Of a stretch of DNA of 64,000 nt, positions 10,601-18,844 are shown piece after piece. Under the pieces are notes generated by a model. The model saw only the letters and a list, made by a program, of their open reading frames with translations. It searched no databases and had not been told where the DNA came from. Where the stretch lies: IMG/VR virus record IMGVR_UViG_3300007754_000006; one strand, 5' to 3'. The position numbers and the translations under genes were made by a program. Numbering within the stretch: the first letter of the stretch is position 1; each line of letters begins with the position of its first letter. This DNA is from an uncultured virus (IMG/VR IMGVR_UViG_3300007754_000006). Taxonomy: Duplodnaviria; Heunggongvirae; Uroviricota; Caudoviricetes.

Positions 10601-11232
10601 GGAAGCCATCTGGCAACTCCAGCCAGATGGTAGACTGTTCCTCCGGGTTCCACACTCGCCACTCGGAGTTTTACGTGCGCCGGGTTCGGATCGCAGGAAC
10701 GGACCCCCTGTTCCACTTGGCCCGCGCAGCGGGCGCTCCGGTGTTCAGGGACGTCAAGTACACGGACGTCGAGAAAGACGAGGACTGCCCAACTTGGGTC
10801 GTCGAGTTCCCCGTCAAGTCTCCGGAGGGCTCCATGCTCCGGAAGCATGAGTCTGCTCTGGAGCAGCTCCAGAGGTATCTCCTCATCATGCATACCTGGT
10901 GTGGGGAACGGGGCCACAACCAGTCGACGACCATTCACGTCCGCGAGCACGAGTGGGATGAGGTCGGAGAGTTCGTCTTCGCGAACTTCGACGACATCAC
11001 GGGCGTGAGCTTCCTCCCCTACGATGGGGGGAACTACAAGCTGGCGCCCTACGAGGAGATCACCGAGGAAGAGTACAACAAGCGCATGGCTGCCTTCCCG
11101 GAGATCAACTACGAGGACCTGACCCGCTACGAGAAGGAGGACATGGGCACCGGTGCGGTGACTCTGGCCTGCACCGTAGAGGGTGGGTGCTCAATCGGTG
11201 ACGTCCCGACCAGCGAGCTCGAGCTCGTGTAG
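7699..11232 (+). CDS. nrdJ: class II (B12-dependent, monomeric RTPR-type) ribonucleotide reductase, intein-containing
   Basis: FTRTY, YNCAF, GGVRRAALIS, ANNS, NP/CGEI (split by intein), QFCNL, TCGKPSGNSSQ, APYEEI, C-terminal Cys pair (ACTVEGGC). Confidence 0.93.
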   Translation: MDMHPGIVPSPLARSLVSDDVVEDPDQVVFPNALSRFVFTRTYPRWLEEEKRRETYVEAVDRYVNFLWNEREIPDHILERIRSGILRMDVLPSMRAFWSAGKAAKRDNTMFYNCAFIPLDSLKSFAELMYILMMGTGIGYSVESRFVNNLPVVAPTTDAPPIEYVIPDTSTGWMDALFDGMTYMFKGQRVKYDPSKVRKAGSRLKTKGGRASGPKPLVNLLKFVTETLLAAAGRKLTTVECNDIACFIGEIVMAGGVRRAALISFSDPWDEGMRDAKKFPICLECGHKWSAHLSVDADSRKKDSPNTHLVKEHGMTEAEYLAKYPDAYLGFGSHRFMANNSAVWPERPNRETFYKEWEALRASGSGERGIFQFPPQKRAKRRSDCRCNPCLTGDTLVAVADGRGAVSFRELADADDDVPVYSYDENRNIVVRMMRAPRLTAEKVPVFRVTLDDGTTFRATPDHKFITREGVEKRVDELAPGDRLQVLSRWLAPTKKGGQDYWWVSGGWQGTGMEHRRIAEFLLDRSLSRDEVVHHRDYDGANNNWSNLEPMTKAAHDDLHRQGMMGDRNPMRRAATEWSEEKWAAYRSKMSASTSGERNGRFCGASHNELRDAAERLTRSLGRQATPYEWIEFASANDLPTFFTEWRRKSLGSIAMLLKTAAVELGFETFDADPRVIRNYHKWVAQGYEVDIINRRLVFTKQCERCEGEFTTTRREHGICAGCGSTYPQAFQHLPEHLGRTDQQVRIYNQMKLASGSTPSQDTFSARCRAEGVSPIIAPRNWDRFEQHCGDANHIVVSVEADGEEDVFNGTVDEHHNFFIGGWESETKSGKPKRQFVNTQNCGEIMLRFSESTCPWTGEGGGGQFCNLTAAVMRAEDTKESFAKKVYLAAWIGVIQSTFTNFPVLRPAWKRICEEDHLIGVDITGHCDNPKLSQDPEALLYFNQVAREAAAEAAAYMDIPMPAAVTCGKPSGNSSQMVDCSSGFHTRHSEFYVRRVRIAGTDPLFHLARAAGAPVFRDVKYTDVEKDEDCPTWVVEFPVKSPEGSMLRKHESALEQLQRYLLIMHTWCGERGHNQSTTIHVREHEWDEVGEFVFANFDDITGVSFLPYDGGNYKLAPYEEITEEEYNKRMAAFPEINYEDLTRYEKEDMGTGAVTLACTVEGGCSIGDVPTSELELV
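8866..10221 (+). mobile_element. intein (452 aa) with HNH homing endonuclease
   Basis: N-term CLTGDTLV, block B 'ATPDHKF', HNH 'VVHHRDYDGANNNWSNL...HDDLH', block F 'DVFNGTVDEHHNFF', ends TQN/C. Confidence 0.92.
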
Positions 11233-11234
11233 AG

Positions 11235-11537
11235 CTACGTGGCCTTGTAGCCCTTGCCCGACTTGGTGAGGGCTCCGTCCTCGACCAGGATGCTGATCGC
11301 AGCCTCCATGTAGGTGCTCACGTCTGACCCGGCTTCCTTCCGCGCCAGGGCTGCGAGCTCATCGTACGTGTACGACTGACCCTTCTTCAGGGCCGATCCC
11401 AGGACATCAGCCACCTCCTGCTGGTCGGTGGCTCTCTTGAGCCCTGCCAAAACCACCTTCCGAACCTCGTCCCCCAACGGGATGGAACGGGCGAGACGGA
11501 TGAGGGCAGAACGATCAGCTGCGGCCAGACGCTTCAT
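11235..11537 (-). CDS. hypothetical protein with shared N-terminal leader and winged-helix-like C-terminus
   Basis: GGAG RBS; leader 'RSALIRLARSIPLGDEVRKVVLAGLK' shared with ORF 24358. Confidence 0.65.
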   Translation of the reverse strand: MKRLAAADRSALIRLARSIPLGDEVRKVVLAGLKRATDQQEVADVLGSALKKGQSYTYDELAALARKEAGSDVSTYMEAAISILVEDGALTKSGKGYKAT

Positions 11538-11737
11538 TTCAGACTCCTGGGGATGCATCCCACCTACCAGATAGCCTGTCTACCCTCCCGGGTACAATAT
11601 GTGTGAGGATGGTACCGTCTCCTATCGCTGGGTAGACGAGGCCGATACGGGCTCATCGTATCACACCTTCCACTCGGAAGCGACCCCCTGTCCTCAAGTC
11701 GCGATTCGAGAATCTGAACAAACATGGAAGGTGTGGT

Positions 11738-12496
11738 ATGTCGAGCAACGTGAAGATGGTCGTGCGCATTGGCGACAAGGAAGAGGTCGTTGGTCGGTGT
11801 CATCCGGGCCAGGCCCGTATCCTGCGTAGGTGTGGGATGGCTGAGTGGGACAAGGACCGGCTGGTTCTCCGGCGTGTGGAGGATGTTGGGGGGTCCGCCA
11901 CACCCGTACAGACTGCCCCAGAGCAGGACACGGGGGCCTGGGCCCCCTACAGCTGGGAGAAGCCTCTGGAGGGCTCCCCCGCCTCTCGAGAGCTTTTCTT
12001 GGAGATCGACCCCGAGGGTCTTATTGGTGGGATCACCAAGAGGATCGTGTTCGACGGAGAGGAGATCTTCTGCGAGTCTCTCGATGAGTGGATCTCCCAG
12101 ATCCGCTCTCGCCAGCAGAAGGGGAACACGCTCTACTGTGCGGACAACCCCCGGTCCCTTCACCTCGGATTCATCGACGATACCGAGAACGTCTGGGTTG
12201 CGGTGCCTCTCCGCTATCTGAGGAGAGCGGGTCCGACCGACTACAAGAAGATGGGTATCCACCCAGACCATATCAGGACCAACGTGGGTCGAGTCGCCCT
12301 GATCAACCCCTCGAAAGAGTTCTCCTTCGCGCACCTCCCCCCCAGCCAAGGGCCTCTGGAATACTCTCCTGTACAGCAGCTGGAGAGCCTCTGGATGAAG
12401 GACGCTTGGGCTGAGATCGCCACTTTCCAAGAAAACGCCAACCAAGACCTTGCTGCCGAGTGGGGTCTCAACCTCCTCCTGGAGCGAAGCTCGTGA
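11738..12496 (+). CDS. hypothetical protein with RRXRR/PLMP-like N-terminus
   Basis: 'CHPGQARILRRCGMA' resembles the CHPARARxLLKxGKA motif. Confidence 0.5.
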   Translation: MSSNVKMVVRIGDKEEVVGRCHPGQARILRRCGMAEWDKDRLVLRRVEDVGGSATPVQTAPEQDTGAWAPYSWEKPLEGSPASRELFLEIDPEGLIGGITKRIVFDGEEIFCESLDEWISQIRSRQQKGNTLYCADNPRSLHLGFIDDTENVWVAVPLRYLRRAGPTDYKKMGIHPDHIRTNVGRVALINPSKEFSFAHLPPSQGPLEYSPVQQLESLWMKDAWAEIATFQENANQDLAAEWGLNLLLERSS

Positions 12497-12753
12497 CAAA
12501 TCCAAGTTCCTCTCGGTTCCGTGAGTGGGTCCGGGAACTCCAAGCCCGTCAAGACCTGAACCATATCCTCTCGGTGGCTGATGACGTGATGACCGCGTCC
12601 ATCGGCTTCCGGGATGAGACCACCGGAGAGTCCTTCCTCCTGAAGATCAAAGACATCAAATCAGGTCGGGACGAGGACTACGAGGCCCTTGGCATATCTC
12701 GGATGGACTTCGCCTCCGATGTGAACCGGCGCTTGCTGATCTGCGGGAGGTAA
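12493..12753 (+). CDS. hypothetical protein
   Basis: GTGA overlap with upstream stop. Confidence 0.55.
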   Translation: MTNPSSSRFREWVRELQARQDLNHILSVADDVMTASIGFRDETTGESFLLKIKDIKSGRDEDYEALGISRMDFASDVNRRLLICGR

Positions 12754-12778
12754 CTCTGGTTGAGCCCAGGGAGCCCTC

Positions 12779-13057
12779 ATGGACCGCGATAGGCTACTGC
12801 ACTCTGTTTGTGTCGGCTCCGAGAGCGCACGGAACTTCCGGCGCGGGAACTTCTACGACATACTCCTCCGTGAAGATCTCGTCACGGACAATCTCACGGA
12901 GTTCTTCGGGAGCTTCGTTGAGGTGTCTCCCCAGCTGGTCCTGGCATGTCGAGACCACGGCCTCGCGAGGGACGGAGTCCGGAAGCTCCGTCCCCATACC
13001 ATCCTGGGCGTGTACGACCCGACCACCGGCGAATGGACTCCCGAGGAAGTCTCGTGA
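12779..13057 (+). CDS. hypothetical protein
   Basis: GGGAG RBS, 92 aa, coupled to next gene. Confidence 0.55.
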   Translation: MDRDRLLHSVCVGSESARNFRRGNFYDILLREDLVTDNLTEFFGSFVEVSPQLVLACRDHGLARDGVRKLRPHTILGVYDPTTGEWTPEEVS

Positions 13058-13926
13058 TCACCGAACTCCGACTCGACAGCCGCAAGAAGCACACCCGGAA
13101 GAACTCCGTCATCCCCTGGTGGTCTGACGTCCCCAAGCTCAAGAACCGGGTCTCCATCAAGTTCAAGCCGGGGCTCAACATCCTCTGGGGCCCCAACGGC
13201 ACGGGGAAGACAACGGTCATAGAGGCCCTCTCTCGGACCCTCTGTTGCTCCCAGGGAGGTCGCCAGCTCCTTTCTGTCAATGCCCTCTCAGACCAGTTCA
13301 GCCTGGGAGCGCAGAGAAAGTTCGAGAGAACCCTCCCGGAAGGGCTCACTTACCAGGAGAAATGGGAACGGTGGAAGGAGGTCCCTGAGATCGAACGGCA
13401 GCTGATGGTGTTCAAGAACCGATTCTCCGTCACCTACGATGGACAGGTGGTCGCCTACTCGGGACGCGCTGTAGGTCTTGTCGGAGGGAGTTTCGACGAC
13501 GACTTCTTCCAAGAAGGGATCCGGAACGTCATGTTCCGAGGGTCGGCAGGCCAGACCACCATGATGCGTCTGGGAGCCACCCTCAAAGCCATGATCGAAG
13601 GGGAGATCCCCCCGCTCCAAGACAAAGTCACCGGACAGGCCAACTCTCTCTGGGGAGCCCGTGCTGCTATCCTCAAAGAGAAGCTGGCTCCCTCCCTCGA
13701 GAAAGGCCAGCCGACCATCCTGATGGACGAGCCCGACCGCTCCCTGGACATCCCAACCCAGCGTGCCTTCTGGGGTCTCATGGCCCGTGCTGCCAAGTCC
13801 GAGAAGGTCCAGATCATTGTTGCCACCCACTCGATCTTCGCTCTCCGGATGGCGCCGGAAGGCTCCAACTGGATCGAGTTCCAGGACGGCTACCTCGAGG
13901 CCTGCAGAGTCGCCCTCGCGGAATAG
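13054..13926 (+). CDS. ABC-type (SMC/AAA_21-like) ATPase
   Basis: GPNGTGKTT, SAGQ signature, ILMDEPD, IVATHS. Confidence 0.85.
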   Translation: MITELRLDSRKKHTRKNSVIPWWSDVPKLKNRVSIKFKPGLNILWGPNGTGKTTVIEALSRTLCCSQGGRQLLSVNALSDQFSLGAQRKFERTLPEGLTYQEKWERWKEVPEIERQLMVFKNRFSVTYDGQVVAYSGRAVGLVGGSFDDDFFQEGIRNVMFRGSAGQTTMMRLGATLKAMIEGEIPPLQDKVTGQANSLWGARAAILKEKLAPSLEKGQPTILMDEPDRSLDIPTQRAFWGLMARAAKSEKVQIIVATHSIFALRMAPEGSNWIEFQDGYLEACRVALAE

Positions 13927-13929
13927 GTC

Positions 13930-14148
13930 ATGGGCTGTACTTGTAGGATGTGTGGGCGAAAAACGATCGTGGACTTCCGCGTGTCTGATGAGGACTGGGG
14001 AGATCGCCAAGGCTTCTGGTGTATTGACTGCTTCGAGGAATCCTTGGAGAACTCGGTCGAAATCCTGAGCCTGTCCGTCGGAGGTCTCCTCCTCAGAGCC
14101 CACTTCGACATCCCTTCGGGCTCTGTTCCCTGGGACCTCCGACGGTAG
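13930..14148 (+). CDS. small Cys-rich hypothetical protein
   Basis: CxxC...CxxC. Confidence 0.5.
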   Translation: MGCTCRMCGRKTIVDFRVSDEDWGDRQGFWCIDCFEESLENSVEILSLSVGGLLLRAHFDIPSGSVPWDLRR

Positions 14149-14242
14149 CTGCCCTATCCCCAACCAAGGGTCCCAGCGAGTCGTGAGCTGGGTTGACCAA
14201 CCGCACGGCGCCATTCACTCGTCCAACGCATAGGAGACGATC

Positions 14243-14710
14243 ATGGTGCGTGCCAAGTTCCGGGTCCTCGAAATCCGCTCAACCCTGACCACGAAGTTCT
14301 TCGAACTGAAGCCGGTCATCGCCAAGAACAAAGACTGGCCCCAAGGCTCCGAAGAGAACGCTCGGTTCTGGAAGGCGTCTCCCTCCGGAACTCTCACTCT
14401 CCGGTATCGGGCTGCCTCCGACCCTCCGTTTGATCTGGGCCTCTACTTCCTCGTGGACATGAAGCCCGATCCTGGAGGAGGCTGGATCCTCAACTCAATC
14501 CAGGAAATCCCAGGATCCCTTACCGTGGTCCTGGAGAAGAGATGGTCCCACGACCAGCCCCTCCAGCATGCGAAGCTGGAGCTTCAGATCGAGAACGAGG
14601 AAGCCTGGTCAGAGTTCCAGGGCCGTGTCGGAGAGTCCTGGTCCGTGGTCCTGACGCGGTCCGACCCCAAGTCGGGGCAGCACAGGGGATGTCCCTGTAC
14701 GGACGTCTGA
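14243..14710 (+). CDS. hypothetical protein
   Basis: AGGAG RBS; 'MVRAKFRV...ENARFWKASPSG'. Confidence 0.65.
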   Translation: MVRAKFRVLEIRSTLTTKFFELKPVIAKNKDWPQGSEENARFWKASPSGTLTLRYRAASDPPFDLGLYFLVDMKPDPGGGWILNSIQEIPGSLTVVLEKRWSHDQPLQHAKLELQIENEEAWSEFQGRVGESWSVVLTRSDPKSGQHRGCPCTDV

Positions 14711-14711
14711 T

Positions 14712-14900
14712 TCAGCCTGAATAGCCGTCAGATGCCCACCCGCCCCCTTTGAGGATGAAGCTGCCTCCGGAAATGATGCGCTTCATCCTCTTCTCGCACT
14801 GAGGGCATTTCCGGGGCTTGTCCGCATCGGAAACCCGCTGTAGGACCTCCTCCTGGCCGTTACACTTGGGGTCCTCACAGCGATACTCGTAGAGGGGCAC
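14712..14900 (-). CDS. FmdB-family zinc-ribbon protein
   Basis: 'MPLYEYRC...C...CPQC...MKRIIS...FILKGGGW'. Confidence 0.85.
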   Translation of the reverse strand: MPLYEYRCEDPKCNGQEEVLQRVSDADKPRKCPQCEKRMKRIISGGSFILKGGGWASDGYSG

Positions 14901-14950
14901 TTGGGTTTTCCTCCGTCGTATAGGAGTAAACTACCCGGAGCAGGTGGTAG

Positions 14951-15514
14951 ATGCGCAACCCAGCACATAACAACAGCTCAGAATCAGGCAAAAGGATATC
15001 CTTCTCCGAAGAAGAGAAGGCCGAGGCCAAGCGAAAAATCCTATCTCGAAGGTCCATAGACCCAGAGACCGGGTGTTGGAATGTCCTCAAAAAAGACGGG
15101 AAGCCCTCCAGTTACCCGTCGATTTCCATATTTGGAAAAGGGTATCGGGGTAATCGGGCCTCATATGCAGCCTACAGGGGAGATCTCCCACCAAGACTGG
15201 TTGTGGCCCATAGTTGTGACAACGACTCTTGTGTGAATCCAAACCATCTCGAAGCCAAGACCCAAGCTGAAAACATGCACGACAAGGCCGCCAGGGGAAG
15301 AGCTCGAAACGGCACTCCTGGTCTCCCTGCGCTCTGTAAGAAAGGATCCCAGGCAGCCTTACCAGAAAACCTTCCTCTGCGGGAAGACAGCAAGTCTGCT
15401 CCGAATATTGGTACTGGGTACGGTCCTGTTGTCGGGGTAGCTGGAGCCCCCTCGGCCTTCCCCGTCGAGACCGGACCCCGCTGCCCCGAGCCCCCGGGCT
15501 GGAGCCCTCAGTAG
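14951..15514 (+). CDS. HNH homing endonuclease
   Basis: 'GCWN...NRASY...VVAHSCDNDSCVNPNHL...ENMHD'; visibly more AT-rich than flanks. Confidence 0.8.
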   Translation: MRNPAHNNSSESGKRISFSEEEKAEAKRKILSRRSIDPETGCWNVLKKDGKPSSYPSISIFGKGYRGNRASYAAYRGDLPPRLVVAHSCDNDSCVNPNHLEAKTQAENMHDKAARGRARNGTPGLPALCKKGSQAALPENLPLREDSKSAPNIGTGYGPVVGVAGAPSAFPVETGPRCPEPPGWSPQ

Positions 15515-15755
15515 CCCTCCACGGACTCCGAGAAAAAGGAGAGACCGCTCCTATCCAAGAGGCGGGAGCGGTCTCTGTCCGTAGACACACCTTCAGCAAT
15601 AGAATCCTACCGCATTCGGAAGATCCTGTAAAGAGGAGGGGCCGCCCTTCCGGTTGGAAAAGACGGCCCCCGATGTGTTGGACGATGTCCCCCACGAGTA
15701 GCATTTTCTCTATACCGTGATCGGAACTTCAACGGTAGTCTGAGTCCAACCAGAG

Positions 15756-16142
15756 GTGATTCAGATGCCCCTCGAGATTTCCACCAGGTCCGAGATTGAA
15801 ATCCTCAGCGGTGACGGCCCGGGGAATCAAAAACTCGGCTGGATCGTTGAGGAATTCATCGGATCTTCCATCTACCAGGTGCCTCCGGACCTCGAGAACT
15901 TCACCGGAATCCTGAAAAAGATCACCGAACAGGAAGCCCTACAGGTCGGGATGGAAGTCCTCGTGCCAGGCCTCCTTGGAGGCTACCACAAGCTCCAGGT
16001 CGCAGAATCGGAGGGGAAACTGTTCGTTCGCTCTGAGAGCCTGGCAGGTTCTCTGGAGTTCAATTCCGGGAAACGGGGTTGCTGGGTCTGTGTCGGCCTC
16101 ATCAACCTGGAAGCCCTGCGCCGGCTGGAGATCACCCCGTAG
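15756..16142 (+). CDS. hypothetical protein
   Basis: GAGG RBS, 128 aa. Confidence 0.55.
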   Translation: MIQMPLEISTRSEIEILSGDGPGNQKLGWIVEEFIGSSIYQVPPDLENFTGILKKITEQEALQVGMEVLVPGLLGGYHKLQVAESEGKLFVRSESLAGSLEFNSGKRGCWVCVGLINLEALRRLEITP

Positions 16143-16330
16143 GTCATGGAATTCCTCAGGCTGTGTCTGATCCCCGGTAGTCTGGCGCTACTGGTTCCGC
16201 TCTGTGTGGCAGGGGGTGGTCCCCACGTGACCAAGATCCTCCTCAGCACGGTCGGGTCCCTGGTTGCGCAGGCCACCCGATCAGAGTTTCTCCAGGCCTG
16301 ATCTGGACGGAACTCCTCCAGGAGGTGTCC

Positions 16331-17011
16331 ATGCAGTGGTCCGGGCAAACAGATATCGGGAAACGGGACGAGAACCAGGACAGCTACGGGTTCTTCGAGC
16401 ACCAGGACTTCCGGTTCTGGTGGGTAGCTGATGGTCTCGGAGGCCACTCCTACGGCAAGGAAGCTGCGGAGGCGATCGACTTTGGTATCGCCCGAAGCGT
16501 TCCAGATCAAATCGGTGAAGCTCTCCGTCCCAATGGGGGTTGGCACCCCATGTTCCCGATCCGGATCTTTCGAGACCTCCAGCAAGAGGTCCTACATACC
16601 GGGGGAATGACCACCCTCTCCATGCTCATCGAAAAAGACGGAGAGGCTCTCTTCGCCTGGGCGGGGGACTCTCCCATAGAACTCCTCAACAAGGGGCGCT
16701 GCCCCCACTCTGGCAAGAGGAGCTTCCTGTCTCGCTGGTCTTCAACTCCTCACGGTGCGGGATCCTACGTTTCTCGTTGTCTTGGGAGCAGCTTCAACAA
16801 AGCTCAGCCCCAGTACCGCGCAATGAAGGTCCGGCCCCAGCAGACCGTGATCCTGTACAGCGACGGCATGCTCCCTCTCTTGGAGCAGGATCCCAACCGG
16901 CGCAAGACCCTTCGGCTGTTGGTGAATCCCGCCAATGACGCGGCTCTCCCCACACAGGCTGTCCAGGCCGGAGGGACCGACAACGCTACTCTGGTGGTCG
17001 TGAGATTCTGA
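16331..17011 (+). CDS. PP2C/PPM-family Ser/Thr protein phosphatase
   Basis: GKRDENQD, VADGLGGH, TT, AGDS, YSDG, DNAT motifs. Confidence 0.88.
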   Translation: MQWSGQTDIGKRDENQDSYGFFEHQDFRFWWVADGLGGHSYGKEAAEAIDFGIARSVPDQIGEALRPNGGWHPMFPIRIFRDLQQEVLHTGGMTTLSMLIEKDGEALFAWAGDSPIELLNKGRCPHSGKRSFLSRWSSTPHGAGSYVSRCLGSSFNKAQPQYRAMKVRPQQTVILYSDGMLPLLEQDPNRRKTLRLLVNPANDAALPTQAVQAGGTDNATLVVVRF

Positions 17012-17379
17012 TGTTGGCTTCTTCCATCCTTGCTTCCACGCGTCCAACCAGGGAGCGGCCGGAGGAAGAACAGTCATCCCACCCTTCTCGTTTCCGAGAG
17101 AGGACCACGTATTTCGTCCAGGCCGGAATCTCCACCTCGCGATTGCCCTTCCCGGGCTGGACTCTGTTCCTGGACCTACACGGGGTGGTGTTAGACCTCT
17201 ACAGGCTGGCCTCCGACCTGGGTGTCTCTGTTGAGACGAAACATACCAGCCTGTCCTTGGGTGTCTGCTGGGAGTTCCGCTTCCCCTTCATCGAGGCCTA
17301 CGATCCAGGAGAGAAGCTGGTGTTTTCCGGTCGGACCGGGTTTGGCCCCTTTTTCATGGGATGGACACGCACCCGGTAA
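17011..17379 (+). CDS. hypothetical protein
   Basis: TGATG coupling to phosphatase. Confidence 0.45.
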   Translation: MLASSILASTRPTRERPEEEQSSHPSRFRERTTYFVQAGISTSRLPFPGWTLFLDLHGVVLDLYRLASDLGVSVETKHTSLSLGVCWEFRFPFIEAYDPGEKLVFSGRTGFGPFFMGWTRTR

Positions 17380-17403
17380 CTCTGCCTTGCGAGGCTCACC
17401 AGA

Positions 17404-18138
17404 TTGCCAGTTCGATCAGCCCGGTTTCTCCCCCCTGCATGCTTCGGTCCTCGGGTCAAGGAAGCCCGGGAGTATCGGGGATTCTCCCAACGAGAGCTTG
17501 TCCGTCGCCTGGGCTACAACTACGGGTCAGCGACCAAGTTCTCCCGGATCGAGAGAGGGGATGACTTCCCGCAGCTGGGGCTCCTCGCTGCGATCTGTCG
17601 GGTGCTCGGAGTCTCCTCCGACTACCTCCTGGGTCTCTCTGACGCACCTGGATGGACCTTTCCCACAGAGATCCCCACACCACCTCCCAGACTCGTAGGC
17701 GAACGACTACGGGAGGCTCGCCTGCGGAAGAAGTGGTCCCAGGCTGAGCTCCTGTCCTATCTCTCCGGAACCCTGCGACGGAACGGATCCAGCGTAGGGC
17801 TCTGGGAATCCGAGAGGACGTGTCCGGCTCCCGATACCATCCTGAATCTGGGCCGGCTACTCGGGGTCTCCCATGCCTATCTGCTCGGGGAATCTGATGA
17901 TCCGATGTGGGTGGGAGAAGTCCTCTCAGAGCGTCGCTTCTGTCCTGACACCCTCCGTAGAATCCGGAAGGAACGGGGTCTGACCCAGAAACAACTTGCT
18001 CGTGCCGTGTATGGGCGGGACGCCAATCCCCAAAATGTCCAGGCTTGGGAGTATGGTAGGATCAAGCCCAACGCAACAAGCCTCTCCCGCCTCTCCCGAG
18101 CACTGGGCGTCCCTGAATCAGCCTTCTTCGTAGAGTGA
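17404..18138 (+). CDS. XRE-family regulator with three tandem HTH domains
   Basis: three repeats of 'RL/VxEAR..xSQxEL...WE.G...P....L...LGV'. Confidence 0.85.
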   Translation: MPVRSARFLPPACFGPRVKEAREYRGFSQRELVRRLGYNYGSATKFSRIERGDDFPQLGLLAAICRVLGVSSDYLLGLSDAPGWTFPTEIPTPPPRLVGERLREARLRKKWSQAELLSYLSGTLRRNGSSVGLWESERTCPAPDTILNLGRLLGVSHAYLLGESDDPMWVGEVLSERRFCPDTLRRIRKERGLTQKQLARAVYGRDANPQNVQAWEYGRIKPNATSLSRLSRALGVPESAFFVE

Positions 18139-18146
18139 AGTGATCT

Positions 18147-18464
18147 ATGCCCCTCCAAGATGAAGTTTCCCTCGATACGACCATCAACCTCCTGAATGAA
18201 GCCTTCGCGCTCGATCCGGAGGGAATGCAGCGCCTGATCGAAGCCCGTGTTCCCGTGAACATGGAACTCAGGGACCACCCCACCATCCAGGTGTGGAGCG
18301 GGGAAGGAGGGACTGAGCCTCCCACCCTCGGCTTCCTGGGGCTGATCAACGGGCTCTTTGGTGTTGACGACATCAACTACGGCGCCATCGAAGCGTACTA
18401 CGTCAAGAGAGGGCCAGAGGGACGGGAGAAGCTCGTCCTGGCGGGCTTCCGGTCCCGCAAGTGA
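18147..18464 (+). CDS. hypothetical protein
   Basis: 105 aa, 'LLNEAFALDP...HPTIQV...LGFLGLINGLFG'. Confidence 0.65.
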   Translation: MPLQDEVSLDTTINLLNEAFALDPEGMQRLIEARVPVNMELRDHPTIQVWSGEGGTEPPTLGFLGLINGLFGVDDINYGAIEAYYVKRGPEGREKLVLAGFRSRK

Positions 18465-18844
18465 GCTCTACTCCTGTCCAGTTCCTCGTTGAGATGCGCC
18501 TCCAATCGGACGGAGGAGTCCAGAGCTCCCACACCGTCCCAAGAGCATCTCAGGAGATTCTGAAATCCTGGCCCTCCGGGGGACAGGTCCAGCTATGCCA
18601 CGCTCTCCTGGTGGAAACCCTCCGCCGAGAAGCTCGTACGATGGCCCTCATCAAGATGTCGAAAGGGACTTCCGCGAAGGACCTGGATCCCGAGGAGATA
18701 GAGAACCTCGTCCGGGCTCACATCGCCCAGCAAATGGATGAGCTGGTCGGGACCGTGGTTCCGGAGACCCTATCCGAAATCAGGAAGGCAGCTGGGAAGC
18801 GGAGCTCTCCAGGAGGAGGTTGTGGGCCCGGAGAGAGTCCGTGA
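18461..18844 (+). CDS. hypothetical protein
   Basis: GTGA overlap; 3' end overlaps ino1 3' end. Confidence 0.55.
   Translation: MSSTPVQFLVEMRLQSDGGVQSSHTVPRASQEILKSWPSGGQVQLCHALLVETLRREARTMALIKMSKGTSAKDLDPEEIENLVRAHIAQQMDELVGTVVPETLSEIRKAAGKRSSPGGGCGPGESP

Noticed and set aside
11738..12496. IscB/IsrB RNA-guided nuclease
   Set aside because: No RuvC or HNH catalytic motifs are visible
13054..13926. ABC transporter or ATPase-nuclease defence system
   Set aside because: No adjacent permease or recognisable partner nuclease
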